A stretch of DNA of 26,760 bases from a virus (IMGVR_UViG_3300036833_000021:1-26760); one strand, 5' to 3'. Numbered from the stretch's first letter, positions 8,394 through 16,189 are shown. Notes: generated from the sequence alone by a model not told the origin. Translations and numbers: made by a program.

Positions 8394-9088
8394 TTGTCGA
8401 CGCGACGATCCAGCAGCTGCGCACCTATTGCCCGCCGTTTGGCGGGCGGGTCGCCGGGGCCGCGGACTTTCAGCAAGGCCTGAAAAACTACAACGCCAAC
8501 ATGGCGCTGCCCGCCGCCTATGTGATCCTGCTCGACCAGGAATCGGACGGCAACCACAACATGGTCGGGCTCTACCAGTTCGTGCGCAAGACGATCGGCG
8601 TTGTCGTGGAGCTTGACGCGACAGGCGACCGCCGCGGCCAGGCGCCGGCTATGAGCACCGAGGCCATTCAGACGGCGCTAAACCTGGCGCTGCTCAACTG
8701 GCCGCCGGCTATGTGTCTGACGGTCAATCAGCAAGGCTACTGGTTCAGCGGAGGGCGCCCGCTCGATCTCGACCGCGCCCGGCTCTTCTACCAATTCGAA
8801 TTCGCGCTTAACACGGTGCTCGACGACACCGATGGCTGGCAGCCGCCATCCGTTCCGCTCGAGTCTATCGAGGTCGACATCTTCAAGGTGCCGCCGCAGG
8901 ACATGTTGGTCGACGAGCCGGCGGCGATTGTCAAGATCGCCACCTTCGGCTCGATCTGGGACGGCGGCCAATCGCTGTGGGACGGCGGCTTGACGACCTG
9001 GGATCAAACTGCCGTGGCAGGCAGTATTTGGGACGGCGATGCGACGACCTGGGACAACAATCAATCGCTCTGGGATTGGGGGATTTGA
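8390..9088 (+). CDS. Tail terminator (Mu gp37-like) with C-terminal WDGG-repeat extension
   Basis: I.QLR.YCP.FGGRVAGAADF, LPAAYVI, DRRGQ, ALLNW.P, RARLFYQFEF; GTG start overlaps the upstream stop. Confidence 0.8.
   Translation: MIVDATIQQLRTYCPPFGGRVAGAADFQQGLKNYNANMALPAAYVILLDQESDGNHNMVGLYQFVRKTIGVVVELDATGDRRGQAPAMSTEAIQTALNLALLNWPPAMCLTVNQQGYWFSGGRPLDLDRARLFYQFEFALNTVLDDTDGWQPPSVPLESIEVDIFKVPPQDMLVDEPAAIVKIATFGSIWDGGQSLWDGGLTTWDQTAVAGSIWDGDATTWDNNQSLWDWGI
8948..9085 (+). repeat. Six [ST]-x-W-D units (~7-aa period)
   Basis: SIWDGGQ SLWDGGL TTWDQTA(VAG) SIWDGDA TTWDNNQ SLWDWGI. Confidence 0.9.
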
Positions 9089-9091
9089 AAA

Positions 9092-9916
9092 ATGCCTTCG
9101 CAAATTGATCCAACCATTCCAGTTACCGGCACCCCGACTACCCAATCGGTACGCAATAACTTCGCCATCGCCGCCAACGAGATTTCAGCATTGCAGGCGA
9201 CACCTCCGGGCGGCGGCGGGGGCACACCGGGGAACCCGACCCAGACGATCGACGGCACGGTGCATCCTGGCACTGCGACGACCTACATGCGCTCGGATGC
9301 GGCGCCCGCGCTCGCTACGATCACCGGGTTGACGCCGGGCCCTTACACCAACACCAATCTGACGGTCGATGCTACGGGCCGAATTACTGTTGCCAATAAC
9401 GGCACAGCCCCTGCCGGAGCTACAGGTGCCAACCCGATCGCGCAGGTTGGTGCTACTCCGATCAACGGTACGGCGACGACCTACATGCGCTCGGACGCCG
9501 CACCGCAACTCGCCCCGATCGCGGGGGTGGCCGGCGCCTGGCAGAACGCGAACATCACCGTCGACGGGACCGGCCGGATCACCGCGGCGGCAAACGGCAT
9601 CCCAGGCGGCGCCGCCGTCGATACCGTAACACGCAATATCGCCGCAGCAGCAATCGCCCCTTGGACGGCGCTGCCCAGCGTCTTCAATGAGGTCACCACG
9701 GTTGCGGCTGTGGGTAACGGTTGTGCGCTCCCGGCCCCCGCAACAGTCGGCCAGATTTGCAAGGTCCGCAACAGCGGCGCCAACTCTTTGAACGTTTATC
9801 CGGCGGCGACTGCGGTAATCAACGCACAAGCTGCCGGCACATTTATTACCGTTCCCGTCAACACTACCGCTTATTTCGAAGCGGCGGCGGCAACTCAATG
9901 GTACACCGTGCCATGA
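9092..9916 (+). CDS. Fibre-like virion protein with an internal duplication (no signal peptide)
   Basis: N-terminal IDPTIP...TTQSVRNNF..A.NEISALQ helix, two TVD..GRIT.A.NG fibre-type repeats, and a C-terminal beta domain (LP....G....VRNSGANSLNVYP). Confidence 0.75.
   Translation: MPSQIDPTIPVTGTPTTQSVRNNFAIAANEISALQATPPGGGGGTPGNPTQTIDGTVHPGTATTYMRSDAAPALATITGLTPGPYTNTNLTVDATGRITVANNGTAPAGATGANPIAQVGATPINGTATTYMRSDAAPQLAPIAGVAGAWQNANITVDGTGRITAAANGIPGGAAVDTVTRNIAAAAIAPWTALPSVFNEVTTVAAVGNGCALPAPATVGQICKVRNSGANSLNVYPAATAVINAQAAGTFITVPVNTTAYFEAAAATQWYTVP
9269..9598 (+). repeat. Two ~45-aa repeats spaced 198 nt apart
   Basis: GTATTYMRSDAAPALATITGLTPGPYTNTNLTVDATGRITVANNG versus GTATTYMRSDAAPQLAPIAGVAGAWQNANITVDGTGRITAAANG; the DNA core GCGACGACCTACATGCGCTCGGA is identical. 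Confidence 0.9.
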
Positions 9917-10944
9917 AACTACTTGCTCTTGTTTTTGCACTATGTCTGGCGGCTGGCGCTGCCCATGCCCAGGCAGTCGCTGGACGCCCTCATCTGTTCA
10001 TGGCTACCGCTGTCGGCGGGACCGCCAATGCGCAGACCGTCACGACGGGCGGCGGGTTCGCCAATACTGCGATGGATATCGTCTGCGCCAACTTCACGAC
10101 GCCAAATACCGGAAGCGCCACGGTTGCTGTGGATGGGAAGGCCGCGCTGACCGTGCAGCGTCAGGTGCTGCCCACTGGACTTGTCAATTTGGGCGGCGGC
10201 GAGCTGACCGGTTACCAGTGTCTCCAGGTCAGCACGGCGACCCCGACGCCGACGTTTGTGCTCGGCGGCGTGACGGGCGGGATCACGGTCAATCCCGGTG
10301 CTCACCCGGTGACCGTCGCCGAGTGGACCTATGGCCAGACGTTCGTCTGCATCGCCGCGTGCAATTTGACCTTTCCTGCGGTGATTAACCTTCCTAACCA
10401 GGGCGGCGTGAACATCGCCACGGTGGGGGTGCAGGCGACATTGACGCCCGCTGCGGCCTCGGGCGATGCCATCAATGCGGGGCAGATCGGCGGCGGTGCG
10501 GCCAACACTGCGGTGACGTTTCCCGCCGATATACAGTCTTTTGTCGTTAACGGCGGGGCGAACGCGCTGAGCGTCCCAATGGGTCCGGTGCAGCCCTTCT
10601 CGTTTAGTTGGCTACCGGGGATGGATCTCAGTGTAGCGGCCAACGGTTTTGGCGTCTACCGGACGACGACGCCGCGCATCGTCTACGTCATCAGCTGCGA
10701 GAATGACGTCGTGTCGAACGCCGGCTCGATGCAGTTTTACCAGCAGACGGCGAGCGGCCTGATCGGAGCCGGGACGACGATATCGTCGTCCTTTAATATG
10801 GTGACATCGGCAGCGGGGACCGAGAGCGCGAACTTGCTGACGACTGTACCTACTGTTGTGCCGGCTAACTATTGGATCGGCGCCAAGGTCACCGGGGGAC
10901 CGATAACTGCAGGGGCGGGGCGATGCAACGGAAGCTTTCGCTAG
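9913..10944 (+). CDS. Signal-peptide protein with fibre-like domains (343 aa)
   Basis: Start re-assigned to ATG 9913 (ATGA overlap). MKLLALVFALCLAAGAAHA|Q Sec-type signal; GGTANAQTVT...NTGSATVAVDG fibre-type motif; 6 Cys in the mature part. Confidence 0.8.
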   Translation: MKLLALVFALCLAAGAAHAQAVAGRPHLFMATAVGGTANAQTVTTGGGFANTAMDIVCANFTTPNTGSATVAVDGKAALTVQRQVLPTGLVNLGGGELTGYQCLQVSTATPTPTFVLGGVTGGITVNPGAHPVTVAEWTYGQTFVCIAACNLTFPAVINLPNQGGVNIATVGVQATLTPAAASGDAINAGQIGGGAANTAVTFPADIQSFVVNGGANALSVPMGPVQPFSFSWLPGMDLSVAANGFGVYRTTTPRIVYVISCENDVVSNAGSMQFYQQTASGLIGAGTTISSSFNMVTSAAGTESANLLTTVPTVVPANYWIGAKVTGGPITAGAGRCNGSFR

Positions 10945-11114
10945 TTCTTTTGGCAGGGATGCTGCTGGTGTCGATGTCGGCTGACGCGTTCATCCTGCTG
11001 ATGCCGACCGGCGGCGCGCCGCCTGCGTGCTTCACCGCTCCGGCTACGGTTGGCAGCGGCACGGCACCTTTCAGCGTCGGAGTCGGCACGGCTCCCTTCA
11101 CGTTGTGTCCGTAA
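10923..11114 (+). CDS. Small secreted peptide (63 aa; ~41 aa mature, two Cys)
   Basis: MQRKLSLVLLAGMLLVSMSADA|FILLMPTGGAPPAC...TLCP; internal repeat VGSGTAPF / VGVGTAPF. Confidence 0.65.
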   Translation: MQRKLSLVLLAGMLLVSMSADAFILLMPTGGAPPACFTAPATVGSGTAPFSVGVGTAPFTLCP

Positions 11115-11129
11115 AGGAAAATTAATGCG

Positions 11130-11675
11130 ATGAAAAACCTGCTTACCGGATCGTTGATTGGGGCGGTGGTTGCCGCGGTTGTCGGCGGTACGGTCTGGTC
11201 GGCGACAAGCCTGATGTATCTTACCGGCGCTGTGCCCACGGTAGGACATATACTGACCTTTGCCGATACGAACGGTGGCGTAGTGGATGGCGGTCCTGCC
11301 GGGGCCGCTCCCACCCGCCCGTTCAGCCTGACGTGGGGCCCGGGGCAGAACCTGTCGGCGGCGACTCTGCCGATGGGCGTGTCGACCAATGCTGCGACGG
11401 TGGTTTCGGCTTGGTGCGCGGTCGGCGCCCTCAATGGCGCCGGTACGCTGGCTCTGTGGTATGCGGCGAGCGGGACGGCGCTGGGTAGCGGTACCCAGAT
11501 CAATGTGCCTGCACAAAACTGCAATGCTAACACCGGGGTTAACGCGACGCAGAACATGGGTGTTGGAGCTTCGCCTGCCAATGCAATCCCGGCGGGGGCT
11601 GTTTTCGGCGTGGTGGCTACCGGTTTCTCGACCACCGGCACCGGCAGCGGCGTCGTACATATCGTGCTGCAATGA
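11130..11675 (+). CDS. Signal-peptide/anchor beta-rich protein (181 aa)
   Basis: AAGGA RBS; hydrophobic N-terminus MKNLLTGSLIGAVVAAVVGGTVWS|A; TVGHILTFADTNGGVVDGG fibre-like motif; PFSLTWGPGQNLS resembles the C-domain of 9913-10944. Confidence 0.8.
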   Translation: MKNLLTGSLIGAVVAAVVGGTVWSATSLMYLTGAVPTVGHILTFADTNGGVVDGGPAGAAPTRPFSLTWGPGQNLSAATLPMGVSTNAATVVSAWCAVGALNGAGTLALWYAASGTALGSGTQINVPAQNCNANTGVNATQNMGVGASPANAIPAGAVFGVVATGFSTTGTGSGVVHIVLQ

Positions 11676-12658
11676 GACGGCTCTTCCTCTGCTGGCTGGC
11701 GCTGACCGCGGCGGTCGTCGCCGTCCTCGCGCTGGCCCCCTCTTGGCTGAGCCCTGGGCGCGCCAACATGGTCCAGATGCCGTTCACCACGGGCGGAGGG
11801 CCGCCGCCGTTCAGCAGCACCTGCGCGACGCCTGGGCCGTCCAACAATTTTATCTCTCGGGCACGCGCAGCCAACGGGGGTGCTGCACTGCCGACCACGC
11901 CGGCATACGAGACCGCTTACGACGCGATGATCTGCAAGCTCGTCGCAACCGATCCGACACCGGAATGGCCCACACTGGAAGCGTTGTGGATAATGGCGGC
12001 GCCGAACGCAGCTGTCGCCAACCTCAATCTGGTGGCCAACACCTTCCCACTGGTGCCGACCACGGCTGGCAATGCCCCGACCTTCACCGCAGGGGCGGGC
12101 TACACGGGCGTCTTGAACAGTGCAACCGTTTACATCGACACCGGGTTCATCCCGTCGTCGTCAGGCACCGGGAAGTACACGCTGAACTCGGCTCATGTGA
12201 TGGCGTGGAGCCTGACGAACCAGCAGACCAACAATTATCAACAGATGATGGGAACGCAAGATGCGTCCAACGGGACTATAATAGTTCCGTGGAGTGTTAC
12301 CAGTTTGTTCGGGCTAAATGAGGCCAACGGTGGTTTTGCGGGGATACCAGACGTCGACTCCTTGGGTTCGTATGTGGCCGTGCGCGTGGCAGTGGCGTCT
12401 CAGAGCGTCTATAGGAAGGGTACGTTTCAGTCACCCACCGATACGACCCATTCCAGCACGGCGCTGCCGACGCTTTCTTTCTACCTGCTGGCGAGCCATC
12501 CCACCGGCAGTCCGATCGGCGTTGGCCTGCAGCTTGCGGCGGCTAGCATCGGTGGATCGTTGACCGCCGCGCAGGTCAGCAGCAACAGCAACACGACCGG
12601 CACCGGACTGGTGCCGGCGGTCTGCGCGTATCTAACGACGGTGCATGGCTCATGCTGA
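11672..12658 (+). CDS. Signal-peptide protein with a probable ConA/LamG-like beta-sandwich (328 aa)
   Basis: MRRLFL + hydrophobic core + GRA|N; W..L.ALWIMAA...A.LNLV..PTFTAG.GYTG...YIDTGF.PS...ASIGGSLTAAQ recalls phage lectin-like virion proteins; 4 mature Cys. Confidence 0.75.
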   Translation: MRRLFLCWLALTAAVVAVLALAPSWLSPGRANMVQMPFTTGGGPPPFSSTCATPGPSNNFISRARAANGGAALPTTPAYETAYDAMICKLVATDPTPEWPTLEALWIMAAPNAAVANLNLVANTFPLVPTTAGNAPTFTAGAGYTGVLNSATVYIDTGFIPSSSGTGKYTLNSAHVMAWSLTNQQTNNYQQMMGTQDASNGTIIVPWSVTSLFGLNEANGGFAGIPDVDSLGSYVAVRVAVASQSVYRKGTFQSPTDTTHSSTALPTLSFYLLASHPTGSPIGVGLQLAAASIGGSLTAAQVSSNSNTTGTGLVPAVCAYLTTVHGSC

Positions 12659-13893
12659 AACTGATCGCCCTGCTGCTCCCGGTACTCGTCCTCGGGTTGC
12701 TCTTTGTCGAGGACGCGCCTGCGAGGCGCCTGCATTTTGGTGGTGGCCAAGTGGGCCTGCCGCCATTTTCGCAGGTGAATTTTGGCACCTTCAGCAAATA
12801 TGGGAATGGTCCGTGCCCGGCAACTCCCAAATGCATCAGCGGCGATACGTTTTTCAACACCTGGTCGAACGATGACAATATTTATGCCACAGCCGGCGAC
12901 GCTAGTCAGTGGAATGCTACCAGCTGCAACAATCCGTGTCAGACTGCGAACCTGCTGTTCAGCAAGCTCAGTGATTACAGCGCGTCGCTGACGGGTACAA
13001 CAACGAACGCAGGGGCTCTATGGAACGGAGGTGCGTCGACGACAGACAATGCCAACTACAAGGCGAGTGGTATAATCAGCGTCAACGGCACATTGATAGC
13101 CAGCGCCGTCCGGCAATGTCCCCAGAGTTGTCCGCAGGCGTCCATCTATACATCCGGCCAGCTGATCACATCTACCGATCAGGGCAAGACCTGGGCGCCG
13201 ACGCCGCCGGGAGGCGCTAACAATGCGCAACCTTACACATCGCCGACGTTCACCGATCCGAAATTTCGCCTGCCGTCCTTTATTCAATATGGCAAGGACG
13301 GGGGGCCGACCGCGGCGGATGGATCGGATCAGTACGTCTATGCACTGTCGTCGGATCAGAGCACTGGGCACATATCATCGCCGCCGTCGGGGGCAAATAC
13401 CGACTCGGATGCGTTCAACCTAGGCCGTGTGCTGGCGACGAAGCTCGCCGACGGATTGGCGAGCGACTGGACGTACTATCAGGGCCTCGACGGAAGCAAT
13501 CAACCGATTTGGGGTGCGCTGTCGACTACCGTGCCGGTGGTGTCGCAGCCGGGCGGTCTGTTCCAATACGGCCCCACGCCGCAGTACTTGCCGGCGTTTG
13601 GCACGTATATCATGATTACGTACGCCCCCGGTTGCTGCCCGAGCACCGCCGACTCAACATGGGACATCTGGCAGGGCGCGCACCCGTGGGGGCCGTGGAC
13701 CGTCGTGCAGCAGAGCCCTCACTGGTATAGCGGCAACCCGCAGGCAGGTGCCAACGGGTTTTATTATCCGGCGATCGTGTCGAAGTCGGTTGCAGTCGAT
13801 GGTGGTCGAACGTTCACTTTGCTGACCACCGGTGATTTTAACCAGCCCGCTACTATGTACACGATGTACATCGTGCCGGTGACGGTGCAGTGA
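12652..13893 (+). CDS. Secreted beta-propeller protein, DUF4185-like putative glycoside hydrolase (413 aa)
   Basis: Signal MLKLIALLLPVLVLGLLFVEDAPA|; GDTFFNTWSNDDNIYATAGD, Asp-box STDQGKTW, PSFIQYGKD...D.YVYA.S, HPWGPW, GFYYP; 8 Cys in four close pairs. Confidence 0.7.
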   Translation: MLKLIALLLPVLVLGLLFVEDAPARRLHFGGGQVGLPPFSQVNFGTFSKYGNGPCPATPKCISGDTFFNTWSNDDNIYATAGDASQWNATSCNNPCQTANLLFSKLSDYSASLTGTTTNAGALWNGGASTTDNANYKASGIISVNGTLIASAVRQCPQSCPQASIYTSGQLITSTDQGKTWAPTPPGGANNAQPYTSPTFTDPKFRLPSFIQYGKDGGPTAADGSDQYVYALSSDQSTGHISSPPSGANTDSDAFNLGRVLATKLADGLASDWTYYQGLDGSNQPIWGALSTTVPVVSQPGGLFQYGPTPQYLPAFGTYIMITYAPGCCPSTADSTWDIWQGAHPWGPWTVVQQSPHWYSGNPQAGANGFYYPAIVSKSVAVDGGRTFTLLTTGDFNQPATMYTMYIVPVTVQ

Positions 13894-14015
13894 TGATAAC
13901 GGCTCTTTGGCATGTCGCTCGATTGCTCCGCGCCCGGCCCGATATTTGGCGGGTGCTCGGCGTATTGCTGCTGGCTGTCCTATGGTCGGCTTTATGGATC
14001 TCGGCAAATGGATAA
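13893..14015 (+). CDS. 40-aa single-pass membrane peptide (below the ORF-track cutoff)
   Basis: Manual translation MITALWHVARLLRARPDIWRVLGVLLLAVLWSALWISANG*; TGATG overlap upstream, and its stop runs into the AAGGAG RBS of the next gene. Confidence 0.55.
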   Translation: MITALWHVARLLRARPDIWRVLGVLLLAVLWSALWISANG

Positions 14016-14028
14016 GGAGAAATGAACG

Positions 14029-14214
14029 ATGAAAGTGAAGCCTGCTGCGGGTCGCGCCGTGCGCCACCCGATACCACCCTATGAGCTGCTGCCGGCCGAG
14101 GGCCGCGAGGTTCCCGACAGTCAATACTGGCGCCGCCGCATCCGTGACGGTGACGTCGAGATCGTCACCGCCGACGGGGCGCCGCGCCGCCGTCCCGAGG
14201 GGAGTACCGCCTAA
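14029..14214 (+). CDS. Mu gp38-like / DUF2635 protein
   Basis: MKVKPAAGRAVRHP....LLPAEGREVP.SQYWRRRIRDGDV is the DUF2635 signature; sits upstream of the sheath as in Mu-like tails. Confidence 0.92.
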   Translation: MKVKPAAGRAVRHPIPPYELLPAEGREVPDSQYWRRRIRDGDVEIVTADGAPRRRPEGSTA

Positions 14215-14216
14215 AA

Positions 14217-14702
14217 ATGCCATATGCCGATCCGGAGCGGCGGCGCGAGTTCAATCGCCAATGGATGATTGAATATCGCATCGCCAATCCGGAAAACTCG
14301 CGCGAATCATTGCGACGCTGGCAAGCCAAGAATCCGAAATATAGGCGTGTCCGCTATCAAACGAACGAGCAGGCACGTCTGACCGACCTTCTGCGTGCTG
14401 CGGTTCGCACCGTTATGGTCTATCGCCGCAGCAACCGAGACTGGGACCAAGACGCCAAGCTTCGCGACGTTATCGGATGTAGCAAGCGAGATTTGCGCGC
14501 GCATATCGAAGCGCAATTCCTTCCCGGTATGTCCTGGGAGAACTACGGGCGCAAGGGCTGGGAGATCGACCACGTCAAACCGTGTGCGTTGTTCGATCTG
14601 ACCGATCCAGCGCAGCAAGCGATCTGTTTCCATTATACGAACCTGCGCCCGCTTTGGCGGATCGACAACATGCGTAGACCACGAAAGGAGGTCGTTGCGT
14701 AA
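14217..14702 (+). CDS. Free-standing HNH(N) homing-type endonuclease
   Basis: IGCS...L..HIEAQF.PGMSWENYG...WEIDHVKP...FDLTDP.QQ..CFHYTNLRPLW..DN; Arg/Tyr-rich helical N-terminus. Confidence 0.88.
   Translation: MPYADPERRREFNRQWMIEYRIANPENSRESLRRWQAKNPKYRRVRYQTNEQARLTDLLRAAVRTVMVYRRSNRDWDQDAKLRDVIGCSKRDLRAHIEAQFLPGMSWENYGRKGWEIDHVKPCALFDLTDPAQQAICFHYTNLRPLWRIDNMRRPRKEVVA
14685..14692 (+). promoter_or_regulatory. Strong Shine-Dalgarno site for the sheath gene, inside the HNH 3' end
   Basis: AAGGAGGT 9 nt upstream of ATG 14702. Confidence 0.8.
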
Positions 14703-16180
14703 TGGCGATAAGCTTTCAGTATTACCCCGACTCGAATAGGGTGCCAGGGGTATACGTGGAAATGGACGCATCGCAGGCTAATACTGCGACGACATTTCAA
14801 CGCTCGTTGGTGCTCGGGCAAATCGGCACGGCCGGCACTGCAATGCCGCTCGAGCCGTTCGAAGTCCAGTCGCTCACCCAGATCCAGACCGCCTGCGGGC
14901 GCGGCTCGATGCTGGCGCAGATGGCGCAGAACTACCTCTATGGCGACACTTTCGGCGACCTGTGGCTCTTGCCGTACCACGACAATGTCGCGGCGATTGC
15001 GGCCACTGGTAAGGTTCAGTTTGTCGGGCCCGCGACCGCCGCCGGTACGCTCAACCTTTATATCGGCGGCATCCGCGTGCAGGCCGCGGTTTACGCCGCC
15101 GACACCGCCGCGACAATCGCGACCGCAATGCAGGCGGCGATCGTCGCAAACCCGGATCTCGCCGTTACTTCGGTGATCGCCACCCCCACCGACACACTCG
15201 ATCTAACCGCCATCAACAAGGGCGCGGCCGGCAACGGCATTGATCTGCGGATGAATTATCTGGGCCTGCCCGGCGGCGAGAGCCTGCCGGCCGGCGTCAC
15301 CGTGACGATCACGCCGATGGCCGGCGGCACCGCCAATCCCGACATCACTGCCGGGCTCGCCAACCTCTCCGACCAGACATTTGATTTTATCGTCACACCC
15401 TACACCGACACCGCCAATCTCGACGCGATGAAGGTCTTTCTCGACGATGCTTCAGGCCGGTGGGCCTGGAGCGAAATGCTGTACGGCGGTGCGTTCAGCG
15501 CCTTCTCCGGCACACTGGGCCAATGCACGGCATTCGGCACCGGTCGCAACGACCAGCACATGAGCATCATCGCCTACCAGGACTCGCCCGATCCGCCATG
15601 GATCTGGGCTTCGCAGATCGGCGCCTTTTGCGCCGCCTCGCTGCGCGTCGATCCCGGTCTGCCGTTGCAATACATCGGCACCCAGCTCAAGGCGCCGCCG
15701 ATCCCGTCGCGCTGGACCCTCGGCGAGCGCAACACGCTGCTCTACGACGGGATGTCGACATTCCGGGTCGCCGATGACGGTACCGTCACGATCGAGCGGA
15801 TGGCGACGACCTACCAGCGCAACGTCGCCGGCGCCGACGACAACAGTTATCTCGACGTCGAAACCATGTATGGGCTGATGTTCGTGGCGCGCGATCTGGC
15901 GAATTATCTGCTCACCCGCTACGCCCGCAAGAAACTGGTCAGCGATCAGACTCAGATCCTCGCCGGGTCGAATTGCGTCAACGCGCTGATGATCAAGGCC
16001 TCGACCATCAGCGAATATCGCGCGCTCGAAGCAGCGGGCTATGTCCAGAACAGCACGATCTTTGCGCAGAACATCGTCGTCGAGAATGCCGGTCAGGGGC
16101 TCGTCAAGATCTTGGCACCTGTCGACCTGGTCAATCAGCTGCGCCAGATCGCCATCCTGTTGCAATTCCGCAAATCGTAG
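14702..16180 (+). CDS. Contractile tail sheath protein (Mu gpL-like)
   Basis: RVPGVYVEMDASQAN, CGRGSMLAQM, GTLNLYIGG, ERNTLLYDGMSTF, TTYQRN..G..DNSYLDVET, DLVNQLR..A.L.QFR. Confidence 0.97.
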   Translation: MAISFQYYPDSNRVPGVYVEMDASQANTATTFQRSLVLGQIGTAGTAMPLEPFEVQSLTQIQTACGRGSMLAQMAQNYLYGDTFGDLWLLPYHDNVAAIAATGKVQFVGPATAAGTLNLYIGGIRVQAAVYAADTAATIATAMQAAIVANPDLAVTSVIATPTDTLDLTAINKGAAGNGIDLRMNYLGLPGGESLPAGVTVTITPMAGGTANPDITAGLANLSDQTFDFIVTPYTDTANLDAMKVFLDDASGRWAWSEMLYGGAFSAFSGTLGQCTAFGTGRNDQHMSIIAYQDSPDPPWIWASQIGAFCAASLRVDPGLPLQYIGTQLKAPPIPSRWTLGERNTLLYDGMSTFRVADDGTVTIERMATTYQRNVAGADDNSYLDVETMYGLMFVARDLANYLLTRYARKKLVSDQTQILAGSNCVNALMIKASTISEYRALEAAGYVQNSTIFAQNIVVENAGQGLVKILAPVDLVNQLRQIAILLQFRKS

Positions 16181-16189
16181 AGGTCATCC

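Noticed and set aside
8948-9085. WDGG repeats as a CRISPR array or WD40 repeat
   Set aside because: The units are ~21-24 nt, degenerate at third positions, in frame and without spacers; the 7-aa period is incompatible with ~40-aa WD40 blades.
13894-14028. Apparent intergenic gap as an ncRNA or terminator
   Set aside because: No convincing hairpin plus U-tract; better explained by the coupled 40-codon membrane ORF.
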